Of a stretch of DNA of 64,000 nt, positions 19,172-29,990 are shown one piece after another. Made by a program: the position numbers and the translations under genes. Positions within the stretch are counted from its first letter, which is position 1; every line of letters begins with the position of its first letter. The stretch lies in assembly GCA_021796215.1 (NCBI GenBank), contig JAJYOK010000001.1, forward strand, positions 6,934 through 70,933, given 5' to 3'. The notes beneath the pieces are model-generated. The model was not told the DNA's origin. It ran no database searches and worked only from the letters and a program-made list of their open reading frames with translations. The stretch comes from Bacteroidota bacterium. GTDB lineage: Bacteria > Bacteroidota > Ignavibacteria > UBA10030 > UBA8401.

Positions 19172-20509
19172 ATGATTCTTCAAAACTGGTGGTTCACGAC
19201 GCTGCTTGGAATAAAAGATCCGATTCAACCGCCGCTTCAAAAAGATATCAAAGCGGATATTCTTATTGTGGGTGCAGGCGCTGCCGGTCTTTCGGCTGCC
19301 TACTCTTTGATGAACAAAGGAGTGAAGGTTGTATTGATCGAGAAAAATATTTGCGGCGGCAGTTCTTCGGGCAAAAGTGCCGGTTTTCTCACCCCCGATA
19401 GCGAGCTGGAATTATCCCAGCTTATCCGGAGATACGGAAAAGCAGATGCCGCTGATTTGTGGGGAGTCGCTACCAAAGGAGTGGAGATGATGGTGGCGCA
19501 CATTACCCGGCACAACATCAATTGTGATTTTCAGGTGCAGGATTGTTTGTTTCTCGGGAATGGTGAAAGCGGTTGGGAAGATATTCAGGAAGAAATGAAA
19601 GCCCGAAAAATGCTCGGCTTTGCCCAGACTCTCTACGACAGGAATGAAGTGAAAAAAATAATCGGCTCTGAAAGTTATTCCGGAGGCGTCAGATATCCGG
19701 ATACATATGGCGTGAACGCTTTGTTGTATTCACAGGGAATGAAAAAGATATTGTTGGAAAACGGAATTGAAATTTATGAAGCATCGGAAGTTTTGTCCGT
19801 ACACGAACATCGTGCAGAGACACATCTTGGTTCTGTCACTGCCGACCAGATAATTTTCTGCGCTGATAAATTGCACTCTTCGGTAACGCAGCTTGCCGAC
19901 AGCATCTATCATGCACAAACGTTTCTTTCGATCAGCGAGCCGCTCAGTGAAAGTATGATAGAAAAAATTTTTCCTGCCGGAAGGTTTCAATGCTGGGATT
20001 CGGATCTCGTATACAGTTATTACCGTTTGACGGGAGACAACCGGATACTGCTTGGCGGCGGAGATATGCTCACTACTTTTTCAGTGAACGATGTCAATTC
20101 ATCGCGCGTGATTGATGCGGTGATTGAAAAATTCAGGAAGAAATTTCCTCTTCTTAGCGATCTTAAATTCATTCAATATTGGCCCGGCAGAATTGATACC
20201 ACAAGAGATCTGATACCGACCATCGTTCGGGAAGAAGCCAAACCGTGGATACATTTCGTTTTGGGGTGTGTCGGCTTGCCATGGGCAACTTTTTGCGGCG
20301 ATTTTGCTGCCCGCCACGCCTACGATGACAAAGGCTGCACCGATCATCATTATTATGAGTACTTCCGCGCAGACAGACATTTTTTCATACCGTTATGGAT
20401 GGAAAAGTTTTTGGGGAAACGAATAGTCTTTTCGTTGAACAACGGCTGGGCAAAATATTATCAAAAGGAAACACCGGACGATGCCGGCGCAAAAGCATAT
20501 CGTTCCTAA
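19172..20509 (+). CDS. FAD-dependent oxidoreductase (DAO/PuuB-like)
   Basis: RBS aggag; GAGAAG Rossmann motif; GGSSSGKSAG; YYRLTGDNRILLGG. Confidence 0.87.
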   Translation: MILQNWWFTTLLGIKDPIQPPLQKDIKADILIVGAGAAGLSAAYSLMNKGVKVVLIEKNICGGSSSGKSAGFLTPDSELELSQLIRRYGKADAADLWGVATKGVEMMVAHITRHNINCDFQVQDCLFLGNGESGWEDIQEEMKARKMLGFAQTLYDRNEVKKIIGSESYSGGVRYPDTYGVNALLYSQGMKKILLENGIEIYEASEVLSVHEHRAETHLGSVTADQIIFCADKLHSSVTQLADSIYHAQTFLSISEPLSESMIEKIFPAGRFQCWDSDLVYSYYRLTGDNRILLGGGDMLTTFSVNDVNSSRVIDAVIEKFRKKFPLLSDLKFIQYWPGRIDTTRDLIPTIVREEAKPWIHFVLGCVGLPWATFCGDFAARHAYDDKGCTDHHYYEYFRADRHFFIPLWMEKFLGKRIVFSLNNGWAKYYQKETPDDAGAKAYRS

Positions 20510-20596
20510 GCAAAAGCACATGCGGCGCGGTGTGTGATGAAGAAATTCCTGCATTCGTAATTCATAACCGGTGGAACCGTTGATATCGCCCATTTC

Positions 20597-20625
20597 TTGA
20601 CTCTCTTGCCATTTCGCCTTATATT
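20597..20625 (+). promoter_or_regulatory. Putative sigma70-type promoter
   Basis: TTGACT-17bp-TATATT upstream of the M16 peptidase gene. Confidence 0.5.
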
Positions 20626-20689
20626 ATTGAAGTTTTTGTTCCGAAGGAATCCCTTTGGGAAATGAAATTGAACAGTAAATTCACAATAA

Positions 20690-22006
20690 ATGTCCCACAG
20701 AGCACGAACTTCTCCACCGCAAAACATTTCAATTGTAGCGCGAAAAACACCATCTTTGACTTACCGAAAGACGACTCTCAATAATAGTATCAGAGTTGTC
20801 AGCGAAGAAATTCCTCATGTAAAATCTGTTACCATCGGTGTGTGGATTGATACCGGTTCCCGCAATGAAAACGACACCACCAACGGCATTTCCCATTTTT
20901 TGGAACACATGGTTTTTAAGGGAACCGAACACCGCTCCACGCAGGCAATCGCTCGCAGTCTGGAGTCGGTTGGCGGCTACATGAATGCGTTCACATCGAA
21001 AGAGCATACATGTTTTTATGCCCGCGTGCTGGATGCGCATGTGGAAAAAGCTGTGGATGTGCTTTCCGATCTTCTTCAGTATCCGACATTTCCCGAAAAA
21101 GAAATTGAAAAAGAAAAACAGGTTGTGCTTGAAGAGATCAAGAATGTTGAAGATGATCCCGACGATTTGATTCACGATGTGTTTGAAGAAAACATTTACG
21201 CCCCGGGCCCGTTGAAATATCCGGTGATCGGAACAGCGAAAAATGTCTCGACATTTACACGCGACGATCTATTCCGTTATGTGAAAACGCATTATACGAA
21301 CGACCGCATGGTTATTGCGGCGGCAGGAAATATTGCGCACGAGAAGTTGGTGAGCCTTATTGAAAAATATTTTGTGCTGATGCGCCGCGTTTCGAATCGG
21401 CAGATAACCACATCCCGCGTTCAGTCTGTACGCGGGCATGCAAAAGGAAAGATGATTGAAGTTCCGAAACCGATTCAACAAGCGCATGTATGCAGCGGAA
21501 CGGTGGCGTTCAGTATTCACAGCAAGCACCGCTACCCGTCACTGGTACTGAACACATTGTTAGGCGATGGAATGAGCTCGCGATTATTTCAAAATATCCG
21601 TGAGAAGTTCGGATACGCCTATTCCGTTTATTCATTTCTTAATCTTTTGAGCAATACCGGTTCGTTCGGTGTGTATGTCGGAACGGATAAAAAGCATATT
21701 GCACACTGTCTTGATTTAGTGCGGGCGGAGTTTTTAAAACTGAAACAAAAGCCGATTTCAGCGGCTGAGTTGAAACGCACAAAAGAGCAATTGAAAGGAA
21801 GTATGCTGCTCGGACTGGAAAGCACATCGAATCGGATGATGCGGCTTGGGAGCGGCGAATTGTATTTCGGAGAATTCACAACGCTTGATGCTATCGCGCG
21901 GCACATTGATTCTGTTACTGTCAGCGAAGTATCGGAAGCGGCAGCGCTGTTGTTCCGTGAAGAGCAATTCTCAACTATTATTTTTTCACCAGATGTACCT
22001 AATTAA
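20690..22006 (+). CDS. M16 (pitrilysin) family zinc peptidase
   Basis: HFLEH inverted Zn motif; NAFTSKE; GMSSRLFQ.IRE. Confidence 0.93.
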   Translation: MSHRARTSPPQNISIVARKTPSLTYRKTTLNNSIRVVSEEIPHVKSVTIGVWIDTGSRNENDTTNGISHFLEHMVFKGTEHRSTQAIARSLESVGGYMNAFTSKEHTCFYARVLDAHVEKAVDVLSDLLQYPTFPEKEIEKEKQVVLEEIKNVEDDPDDLIHDVFEENIYAPGPLKYPVIGTAKNVSTFTRDDLFRYVKTHYTNDRMVIAAAGNIAHEKLVSLIEKYFVLMRRVSNRQITTSRVQSVRGHAKGKMIEVPKPIQQAHVCSGTVAFSIHSKHRYPSLVLNTLLGDGMSSRLFQNIREKFGYAYSVYSFLNLLSNTGSFGVYVGTDKKHIAHCLDLVRAEFLKLKQKPISAAELKRTKEQLKGSMLLGLESTSNRMMRLGSGELYFGEFTTLDAIARHIDSVTVSEVSEAAALLFREEQFSTIIFSPDVPN

Positions 22007-22036
22007 CTTTTTAATGAAAAAACTTGCGAGACTATT

Positions 22037-23152
22037 ATGATTATCGGCGTACCAAAAGAAATAAAGACAAACGAAAACCGCGTCGGACTGCTACCGGTTG
22101 GCGTGCAAACATTGAAATCGTTCGGGCACACGGTGCTCGTTGAAACAAAAGCAGGAGTCGGCAGCGGCTTTGATGACGATGCGTATGCGAAAGCGGGCGC
22201 AAAGATTATTAAAACCGCAAAGGAAGTGTACCACAAAGCAGACATGATTGTTAAAGTGAAAGAACCGATCAAACCGGAATATTCTCTTATCCGCGACGGA
22301 CAGATTCTTTTCACCTATTTTCATTTCGCCGCCAGCAAAGAACTGACGCTTGCGATGATGAAAACCAAAGCCGTTTGTATTGCCTACGAGACAGTGCAAA
22401 AAGCCGACGGCTCGCTTCCGCTGTTAATTCCAATGAGCGAAGTTGCCGGGCGCATGGCGCCGCAGGAAGGTGCAAAATATTTGGAGAAGACAATGGGCGG
22501 ACGCGGAATACTTCTGGGCGGAGTTCCCGGAACTGAGCCGGCAGATGTTGTTGTGTTAGGCGGCGGTATTGTCGGGACGAACGCGGCGAAAATTGCGGCT
22601 GGACTCGGTGCACGCGTCACGATTCTTGATAACAATTTGTATCGCCTGCGCCATCTTGACGACATCATGCCGAAAAATGTTGTGACGATGATGTCGAATC
22701 AGTATAACGTTCAGAAAGCAGTCCGTCGCGCCGATTTGGTGATCGGTGCAGTGTTGATTCCCGGGACGAAAGCGCCGAAGCTCGTTACGAGAGAAATGCT
22801 GAAGCACATGAAGCCGGGCAGCGTGGTCGTTGATGTTGCGGTCGACCAGGGCGGATGTATTGAAACCTGCAAGCCGACGACGCATGAAAATCCTACATTC
22901 GTCGTGGAAGGCGTCGTTCATTATTGCGTCGCGAACATGCCGGGTGCGGTTCCGTTCACTTCAACTGTTGCACTGACGAATGCAACGCTTCCGTACGCGG
23001 TTGAGATTTCGAACAAAGGGTGGGAAAAAGCTGTTCAAACCAATGCAGAGATCAAATTTGGTTTGAATATGGTTGATGGTTATATTACCTACAAGGGTGT
23101 AGCCGACGCGTTCGGGTACAAACTCACCTCCGTTGAAGAAACATTGCGGTAA
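22037..23152 (+). CDS. ald: Alanine dehydrogenase
   Basis: GVPKEIK.NENRV, KVKEP, PMSEVAGR, DVAVDQGGC, HYCVANMPGAVP. Confidence 0.97.
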   Translation: MIIGVPKEIKTNENRVGLLPVGVQTLKSFGHTVLVETKAGVGSGFDDDAYAKAGAKIIKTAKEVYHKADMIVKVKEPIKPEYSLIRDGQILFTYFHFAASKELTLAMMKTKAVCIAYETVQKADGSLPLLIPMSEVAGRMAPQEGAKYLEKTMGGRGILLGGVPGTEPADVVVLGGGIVGTNAAKIAAGLGARVTILDNNLYRLRHLDDIMPKNVVTMMSNQYNVQKAVRRADLVIGAVLIPGTKAPKLVTREMLKHMKPGSVVVDVAVDQGGCIETCKPTTHENPTFVVEGVVHYCVANMPGAVPFTSTVALTNATLPYAVEISNKGWEKAVQTNAEIKFGLNMVDGYITYKGVADAFGYKLTSVEETLR

Positions 23153-23232
23153 GTAAAAAATCAGAAAGCTATCCGATTTGCTTTTGAGCGATCGGATAGC
23201 TGATTCAATTGTGAAGCGAGTGAAGAGAATTT

Positions 23233-24918
23233 ATGCCTACAGTAAAAATTACGATTGACGGTACGCAAATTGAAGCCGACAGCAAGCGGACGATCATCGA
23301 AGCAGCGAGAGAACATGGAATAAAAATTCCGCACTTTTGCTGGCATCCGAAACTTTCTGTCTCCGGTAATTGCCGCATGTGTCTTGTTGAAATTGAAAAA
23401 ATGCCGAAGCTTGCAATTGCGTGTTCAACGCAGGTTGCCGACGGCATGGTGGTGCACACGAAAAATGATCGCGTCGTCCATGCCCGTAACGCTGTGATGG
23501 AATTTCTTCTTATCAACCATCCGCTCGATTGTCCGATTTGCGACGAAGCGGGAGAATGCAAGCTTCAGGATTACACATATAAGTACAGCACAGGCTACAG
23601 CAGATTTGATGAAGACAAAGTTCATAAACCGAAGCGCATTCAAATTGGTCCGCATGTGATGTTTGATGCGGAGCGGTGCATCCTGTGTTCTCGCTGCGTC
23701 CGGTTTTGCGATGAAATTGCCGGCGTGCATCAGCTTCAGTTCATTCAACGCGGTGATCATACGGAGTTGACAACATTCCCCGGCGAGAAGCTCGATAATC
23801 CGTATTCGATGAATGTTGTCGACATCTGCCCCGTTGGCGCATTGACGAATGCAGATTTTCGTTTCAAAGCACGCGTGTGGGAAATGTCGTTCACTGATAC
23901 GATCTGTCAGGGATGTGCGCGCGGGTGCAATATTGAACTCGGCGTTCGCAACAACGAAATCCTGCGCCTCACTCCGCGCCGCAATGATGACGTGAACAGC
24001 AGTTGGATGTGTGATCACGGCAGACTCGATACGTTCAAATTTGTCAATGCAGAAAACCGCATTAAAGCGCCGATGGTCAGAAAAGACGGCATGCTTGTAG
24101 AAGTTGGATGGGATGAAGCAATTTCACGCGTCGCATCAGAACTGAAATCGTTCAAGAAATCGGAAGTCGCAGCTCTCGGTTCTCCGTTTGCAACAAACGA
24201 AGATAATTACGTTTTTCAGCGCTTTGTGAAAGAAGTGCTGGGAACGAAGAATGTAGATTTTGCCCGCCATATCGTTGAAGGCAGTGAAGATACTATTCTT
24301 CTTCGCTCAGACAAAACTCCGAATTCGGCTGGTGCCGCTGAAGTTGGTATAGTGCCGGGCGATGGTGGAATGAGCTTTGATGCGATCATCGAAGGAATCC
24401 GCGACGGCAAAATCAAAGCGCTCTATGCGCTGGAAGATGATCTTGCGGCAATACCGGGTCTTGCTGAAGTCCTTCCGAAGCTTGAATTTTTTGTTGTTCA
24501 TGCAACGAATGAAAACAGCACGACGCGCTATGCCGATGTAGTTTTTGCAGCCGCGGCGTATGCAGAGAAGAACGGAACGATGGTCAACTTTCAGCACCGC
24601 GTTCAGCGGATTCGTCCGGCAGTGACGACGCTGGAACTTGACCGTGCGATGGATGGATTTGAAATGAGCCGCTGGGATAAATTTGCCTCGCATAATGACA
24701 AATGGGGAAAAGGTCCCCGGCGCGATGCCCGCTCGTCATGGAAAATTGTTGCAGGCGTTGCTGCGGCGATGGGAACAAAATTCAAATTCAATACCGCCGA
24801 CGAAGTATTCAACGAAATTGTGCAGCGCGTAGAAAGTTTTAAGGGGCTTTCTTATCTCAAAGTTGGAAAGAAAGGCACGCCGTTAAAAACAAAAACGACG
24901 GTTAACGTTCACGCTTAA
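23233..24918 (+). CDS. nuoG: NADH-quinone oxidoreductase subunit G
   Basis: IPHFCWH..SGNCRMCLVE, NHPLDCPICDEAGECKLQD, CILCSRCVRFC, CPVGAL; next to nuoH/I. Confidence 0.92.
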   Translation: MPTVKITIDGTQIEADSKRTIIEAAREHGIKIPHFCWHPKLSVSGNCRMCLVEIEKMPKLAIACSTQVADGMVVHTKNDRVVHARNAVMEFLLINHPLDCPICDEAGECKLQDYTYKYSTGYSRFDEDKVHKPKRIQIGPHVMFDAERCILCSRCVRFCDEIAGVHQLQFIQRGDHTELTTFPGEKLDNPYSMNVVDICPVGALTNADFRFKARVWEMSFTDTICQGCARGCNIELGVRNNEILRLTPRRNDDVNSSWMCDHGRLDTFKFVNAENRIKAPMVRKDGMLVEVGWDEAISRVASELKSFKKSEVAALGSPFATNEDNYVFQRFVKEVLGTKNVDFARHIVEGSEDTILLRSDKTPNSAGAAEVGIVPGDGGMSFDAIIEGIRDGKIKALYALEDDLAAIPGLAEVLPKLEFFVVHATNENSTTRYADVVFAAAAYAEKNGTMVNFQHRVQRIRPAVTTLELDRAMDGFEMSRWDKFASHNDKWGKGPRRDARSSWKIVAGVAAAMGTKFKFNTADEVFNEIVQRVESFKGLSYLKVGKKGTPLKTKTTVNVHA

Positions 24919-24945
24919 TTTTTTTCTTCTGTCGGGAAAATAGAA

Positions 24946-25977
24946 ATGAATATAATAATAGAAGCGCTTATTAAAATTGCCTTTATTCTTCTGGTTAACC
25001 TGACAACGGTTGCGTACCTCGTTTATGCGGAGCGCCGTGTCAGTGCGCTTATTCAGAATCGCGTAGGGCCGAATCGTGTCGGGCCGATGGGACTGCTTCA
25101 GCCTGTTGCTGACATTGTGAAACTTTTCTTTAAGGAAGATATTGTTCCCACAGCGGCGAATAAATTCGTCCACAGCCTTGCCCCGCTTATTTCGTTGATT
25201 GTCGCTCTGTCAACGTTTGCGGTAATTCCGTTCGGGAACACAATCCATCTTTTCGGACACGACTATAAACTGATGATTGCCGATGTCAATGTCGGACTGT
25301 TATATCTGCTTGCGCTTTCGTCGCTCGGTGTATATGGCATTACGCTCAGCGGGTGGTCGTCGAACAATAAATATTCACTGCTTGGCGGACTGCGTTCGTC
25401 GGCACAGATGATCAGCTATGAGCTTTCGCTGGGACTTTCGATTATCGGCGTGCTGATGATAGCAGGTTCGCTGCAGCTTGACAAGATCGTTGTGCACCAA
25501 GGAAATTACTTGTTCGGATTTTTACCGACGTGGAATATTTTCCTTCAGCCGCTGGGGTGCATTACATTCGTCATTGCATATTTTGCTGAAACAAACCGTT
25601 TGCCGTTCGATTTACCGGAAGCGGAGCCGGAACTTGTCGGCGGCTATCACACGGAATATTCCGGAATGAAGTTCGGATTGTTTTTCCTTGCTGAGTACGC
25701 GAACATGATCACGGCATCCGCGGTCATCGTTACGCTTTATTTAGGCGGCTGGCAGCTCCCGTTCATCGAAAATTTTGGTCTTTCACCGCTCGCAGTCAGC
25801 TTGTTGCAGGTTGCGGCGTTCGGAATAAAAGTCGCGCTCGTCTTGTTATTTTTTATTATCGTGCGCTGGACGATTCCACGGTTCCGCTACGATCAATTGA
25901 TGAACATCGGGTGGAAAGTGATGCTTCCGCTGGCAATTCTGAATATTGTCATTACCGGATTAATTATTCTTTTGTAA
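24946..25977 (+). CDS. nuoH: NADH-quinone oxidoreductase subunit H
   Basis: ERR..A.IQNRVGPNRVG, AQMISYE, AETNRLPFDLPEAE.ELVGGY.TEYSG, RFRYDQLM. Confidence 0.97.
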   Translation: MNIIIEALIKIAFILLVNLTTVAYLVYAERRVSALIQNRVGPNRVGPMGLLQPVADIVKLFFKEDIVPTAANKFVHSLAPLISLIVALSTFAVIPFGNTIHLFGHDYKLMIADVNVGLLYLLALSSLGVYGITLSGWSSNNKYSLLGGLRSSAQMISYELSLGLSIIGVLMIAGSLQLDKIVVHQGNYLFGFLPTWNIFLQPLGCITFVIAYFAETNRLPFDLPEAEPELVGGYHTEYSGMKFGLFFLAEYANMITASAVIVTLYLGGWQLPFIENFGLSPLAVSLLQVAAFGIKVALVLLFFIIVRWTIPRFRYDQLMNIGWKVMLPLAILNIVITGLIILL

Positions 25978-26017
25978 ATGAAGCAGGCGATATGAATTTG
26001 TCGGAAAGAGGTATGGT

Positions 26018-26521
26018 ATGAGCGAAGAGAAGAGCGCAATCATTCGAAAAAAAGATTTGTCGTTGTTGGAACGAATGTACATTCCTGAAATCGTAAAAGG
26101 AATGAAACTCACGATCAGCCAGATGTTCACGCCGACATTTACGACGCAATATCCTGACGAACGATTTCAGCCGCCGGCATCATTTCGCGGCCGCCCGGTG
26201 CTTGTGGAAGAAAACGGAGTTGAGCGCTGTGTTGCGTGCGGACTGTGCAGCCGCGTGTGTCCCGCGCTTGCCATTGAAGTGCAAGCGGGCGAAACTGATT
26301 TGGGGAAAGAACGCTACCCCGAAAAATTTGAGATTAATATGATTCGCTGTATCTTCTGCGGCTTCTGCGAGGAAGTTTGTCCGGAAGAAGCAATCATTAT
26401 GAGTCAGGAATACGAGCTTGCGTTTACGAAACCGCAGGATGCACTGTTCGGCAAAGACAAACTTTTAGTTCCGATAGAAAAAGTGCAAACCCGTCTTGAT
26501 TTTCTGCGCACCAACAGGTAA
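26018..26521 (+). CDS. nuoI: NADH-quinone oxidoreductase subunit I
   Basis: [12 protein letters not shown] and [12 protein letters not shown] 2x[4Fe-4S] motifs. Confidence 0.96.
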   Translation: MSEEKSAIIRKKDLSLLERMYIPEIVKGMKLTISQMFTPTFTTQYPDERFQPPASFRGRPVLVEENGVERCVACGLCSRVCPALAIEVQAGETDLGKERYPEKFEINMIRCIFCGFCEEVCPEEAIIMSQEYELAFTKPQDALFGKDKLLVPIEKVQTRLDFLRTNR

Positions 26522-26697
26522 TATAACCGTTTGAAAAGCAGAATCTTCTTCCTCACACGAACGGAGATGGCGGGGACCTGACAATTTTCGCGTCAGCGGT
26601 TTCAGTTTTCATAAAAAAACCACAGTGCACGCCGTCGGCGTGATTTTCAGCTTCATGATAATAATCTTCCGGTTGTAAGAACTCCCTTGGAGACCGT

Positions 26698-28242
26698 ATG
26701 CTTTCAGTCGTTCTGAGCAGTGCAACCTACGGCATCAATGCCTACCTCATCGAAATTGAAACCAACATCGAAAACACTGTTCCGAATTTTTTCATGGTGG
26801 GGCTTCCCGATAATGCGGTAAAAGAAAGCCGCGAACGCGTTGCCACAGCGATAAAAAATTCCGGCTTCACGTATCCGAACAAGCGCGTCACCATCAATCT
26901 TGCGCCGGCAGATGTAAAGAAGGAAGGCTCCTCACACGACCTTCCGATCGCTGTTGGTATGCTGGTGTCGAGCGGACAGGCGCCGGATGATTTGCTGAAA
27001 GACTTCGTCATTCTGGGCGAGCTTGCTCTTGATGGAAGTCTCCGCGCAGTGCACGGTGTTCTGCCGATAGCGGTTGAAATCAAGAAAAAAGGATTGCGTG
27101 GCATTATTCTTCCGAAAGACAATGCGCGTGAAGCTGCGATGGTGGAGGGACTTGATGTTTACGGTGTTTCTACACTTGCAGAAACAATTGATCTATTGCA
27201 CGGAAATTTTGGTGTTGTTCCGCCGACAAAGCTCAACATCAAAGAAGTTTTTTCTGAGCAGTCACTCTTTGGCGGACTCGATTTCTCCGATGTGAAAGGT
27301 CAGGAAAATGTGAAGCGCGCTCTCGAAGTTGCCGCTGCCGGCGGGCACAATATCATCATGATTGGTCCACCGGGTTCGGGTAAAACAATGCTTGCGCGAA
27401 GGCTTCCCGGAATTCTTCCTTCTTTAACATTTGAAGAAAGCATTGAGACAACAAAAATCCATTCCGTTGCCGGATTGCTTCCGCGGAATTCGGCGCTTGT
27501 TGCGACTCGTCCGTTTCGCGCGCCGCATCATACAATTTCCGACAGTGCACTGGTCGGCGGCGGAACGATACCGCGCCCCGGAGAAATTTCTCTTTCACAT
27601 CACGGCGTCTTATTTCTTGACGAGCTTCCCGAGTTTGCGTGCAATGTGTTGGAAGTGATGCGTCAGCCGTTAGAGGATGGCAAGGTAACGATCAGCCGCT
27701 CTAAAATGTCACTGGAATTCCCGGCTCAGTTCATGCTTGTCTGCGCGATGAATCCGTGTCCGTGCGGGAATTATGGAAATCCGAATCACGAATGTACGTG
27801 CACGCCGATGCAGATTCAAAAATACATGGCGAAGATTTCCGGTCCGTTGCTTGATCGTATCGATATTCACATTGAAGTTCCTGCAGTAAAAGTTGCCGAG
27901 CTCGGGCAGAAAAAACCGGGCGAGCCTTCATCATGCATTCGCACTCGCGTTGTGAAAGCGCGGGAACGGCAGGCGCGCCGGTTCGAACATCGCAAAGGAT
28001 TGTTTGCCAATGCGCACATGCAGTCAAAAGAAATCCGTGAATTCTGTGCGATTGATTCTGCCGGAGAAGAGTTGTTGAAAATGGCGATGACAAAATTAGG
28101 GTTATCTGCCCGCGCGTATGATCGCATTTTGAAAGTTGCGCGCACGATCGCCGATCTTTCGGGGAGCGAAGAAATTCGTACGGAACATTTGAGCGAGGCG
28201 ATTCAATATAGAAGTCTCGACAGAAATTTGTGGATGGGATAG
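26698..28242 (+). CDS. comM: YifB/ComM family Mg-chelatase-like AAA+ ATPase
   Basis: [59 protein letters not shown]. Confidence 0.93.
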   Translation: MLSVVLSSATYGINAYLIEIETNIENTVPNFFMVGLPDNAVKESRERVATAIKNSGFTYPNKRVTINLAPADVKKEGSSHDLPIAVGMLVSSGQAPDDLLKDFVILGELALDGSLRAVHGVLPIAVEIKKKGLRGIILPKDNAREAAMVEGLDVYGVSTLAETIDLLHGNFGVVPPTKLNIKEVFSEQSLFGGLDFSDVKGQENVKRALEVAAAGGHNIIMIGPPGSGKTMLARRLPGILPSLTFEESIETTKIHSVAGLLPRNSALVATRPFRAPHHTISDSALVGGGTIPRPGEISLSHHGVLFLDELPEFACNVLEVMRQPLEDGKVTISRSKMSLEFPAQFMLVCAMNPCPCGNYGNPNHECTCTPMQIQKYMAKISGPLLDRIDIHIEVPAVKVAELGQKKPGEPSSCIRTRVVKARERQARRFEHRKGLFANAHMQSKEIREFCAIDSAGEELLKMAMTKLGLSARAYDRILKVARTIADLSGSEEIRTEHLSEAIQYRSLDRNLWMG

Positions 28243-28262
28243 AACGTTCACTTCCGCGAAAA

Positions 28263-28291
28263 TTGTAAATTCCCCCTCGGTTTTTTATATT
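28263..28291 (+). promoter_or_regulatory. Putative sigma70-type promoter
   Basis: TTGTAA-17bp-TATATT upstream of menG. Confidence 0.4.
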
Positions 28292-28333
28292 GATGTATCA
28301 CGCAATGTAAGTAGCAATCCCGTTGGGAGTTGA

Positions 28334-29026
28334 ATGCAGAAACAATACGTCCGCAGCCTTTTCGATTCTATTGCTTATCGCTATGATCTCCTGAATCATC
28401 TTCTCAGCGGCGGAGTTGATTTGTACTGGCGCCGTGTTGCCGTTGAAGCGCTTCGGAGTTTACAGCCGAAAAAAATTCTTGATGTCGCTACCGGTACCGG
28501 AGATTTTGCCATTGCCGCACTTCGATTGAACCCCAAAGAGATCGTTGGCGTGGATATTTCCGAGCGGATGCTCGCGTTCGGGAGAAAGAAAGTTCATGAT
28601 CGTGGATTAGAGTCGTTAATCCGGCTTGAGACTGGCGATGCCGAACATCTTCAATTTGAGGATGGAACATTTGACGCCGCAATCGCCGCATTTGGCGTAA
28701 GGAATTTTGAGCATGTCGAGAAGGGAATTTTGGAAATGTATCGCGTCTTACAGCCGGGCGGGAAAATAGCGGTGCTGGAATTTTCGAAGCCGCGCGTTTT
28801 TCCTTTCAAGCAATTATATTTTTTTTATTTTCTTAATATTCTTCCATTGATCGGAAAAATTGTATCGAAAGACACGGCGGCATATCACTATTTACCTGAG
28901 ACGGTTTTGAAATTTCCGGACGGCGAGGAGTTCCTCGCAATTTTGCGTTCAGCAGGATTTGTTGATGTTACATTTCGGCTGTTGACGCTTGGCATCGCAA
29001 CATTATACATCGGCACAAAGAAATAA
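28334..29026 (+). CDS. menG: Demethylmenaquinone methyltransferase (UbiE/MenG)
   Basis: FDSIA.RYDLLN.LLS.G, LDVATGTGD, AFGVRN, LEFS. Confidence 0.93.
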   Translation: MQKQYVRSLFDSIAYRYDLLNHLLSGGVDLYWRRVAVEALRSLQPKKILDVATGTGDFAIAALRLNPKEIVGVDISERMLAFGRKKVHDRGLESLIRLETGDAEHLQFEDGTFDAAIAAFGVRNFEHVEKGILEMYRVLQPGGKIAVLEFSKPRVFPFKQLYFFYFLNILPLIGKIVSKDTAAYHYLPETVLKFPDGEEFLAILRSAGFVDVTFRLLTLGIATLYIGTKK

Positions 29027-29096
29027 GGGTCAATGATTAATTCACAAAAGTCTTGAATTTTGAAAACCGAGATGCAAAAACAAAGAAAGAAAAAAT

Positions 29097-29933
29097 ATGA
29101 GTGAACAGATTGTAAAAGTTGGACATAGTCCTGATCCTGATGATGCATTTATGTTTTACGGATTGGCAAGCGGGAAAGTAAAATTGGACGGTATTACGAT
29201 TGAGCATATGCTGGAAGATATTCAGTCGCTCAATGTTCGCGCGATGAAGGCTGAACTGGAAGTGACGGCAATTTCTGCGCACGCGTTCGCATTTGTTGCT
29301 GATAAATACTGGATTATGAAAACCGGTGCAAGCATGGGCGAAGGCTACGGGCCGGTCATTGTTTCAAAAAAATATAAAACGTTGGAAGAACTAAAAGGCA
29401 AAACCGTTGCAACTCCGGGAAAGATGACAACGGCAACGTTGATTTTTAAAATTTTTACCGACGGCATTGCAAATGTTGACATTCCGTTCGACCAGATTAT
29501 GGAACGTGTTTCGTCAGGAGAATTCGATGCGGGTGTGCTCATCCATGAAGGACAAATCACGTATCAGCAGGAAGGTTTCAACAAAATTCTTGACTTCGGA
29601 GAATTCTGGGAGAAGAAAACCCACGGACTTCCGCTGCCGCTCGGTTTGGATGTGGTGCGGAAAGATTTGGGCGAAGAAATGGCGATCAAGCTTTCCAAAG
29701 GGTTGCGCGAAAGCATTCACTATGGCTACACGCATCAGAGTGAATCTATTCCCTATGCGCTGAAATGGGGGAGAGGAATTAACGAGAAACTCGGCGAGAA
29801 ATTTGTGAAGATGTATGTGAGCGAACTGACGATTGATATGGGAGAAAAAGGGAAGAAGGCGCTGGAGCTTTTGTTCAAACTCGGGCATGAGAAAAAAATC
29901 ATTCCGAACGTACCGGAAGTGGTGCTGTATTGA
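29097..29933 (+). CDS. mqnD: 1,4-dihydroxy-6-naphthoate synthase
   Basis: GHSPDPDDAFMFY, MGEGYGP, GVLIHEG, LPLPLG, MYV. Confidence 0.9.
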   Translation: MSEQIVKVGHSPDPDDAFMFYGLASGKVKLDGITIEHMLEDIQSLNVRAMKAELEVTAISAHAFAFVADKYWIMKTGASMGEGYGPVIVSKKYKTLEELKGKTVATPGKMTTATLIFKIFTDGIANVDIPFDQIMERVSSGEFDAGVLIHEGQITYQQEGFNKILDFGEFWEKKTHGLPLPLGLDVVRKDLGEEMAIKLSKGLRESIHYGYTHQSESIPYALKWGRGINEKLGEKFVKMYVSELTIDMGEKGKKALELLFKLGHEKKIIPNVPEVVLY

Positions 29934-29938
29934 AATTT

Positions 29939-29965
29939 GTAAGTCGGAGTGCCGCTCCGACTTAC
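29939..29965. terminator. Hairpin between convergent genes
   Basis: gtaagtcggag-tgccg-ctccgacttac, 11-bp perfect stem. Confidence 0.6.
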
Positions 29966-29990
29966 TTATCTCTTGTGAGCGAGTTGTTTT

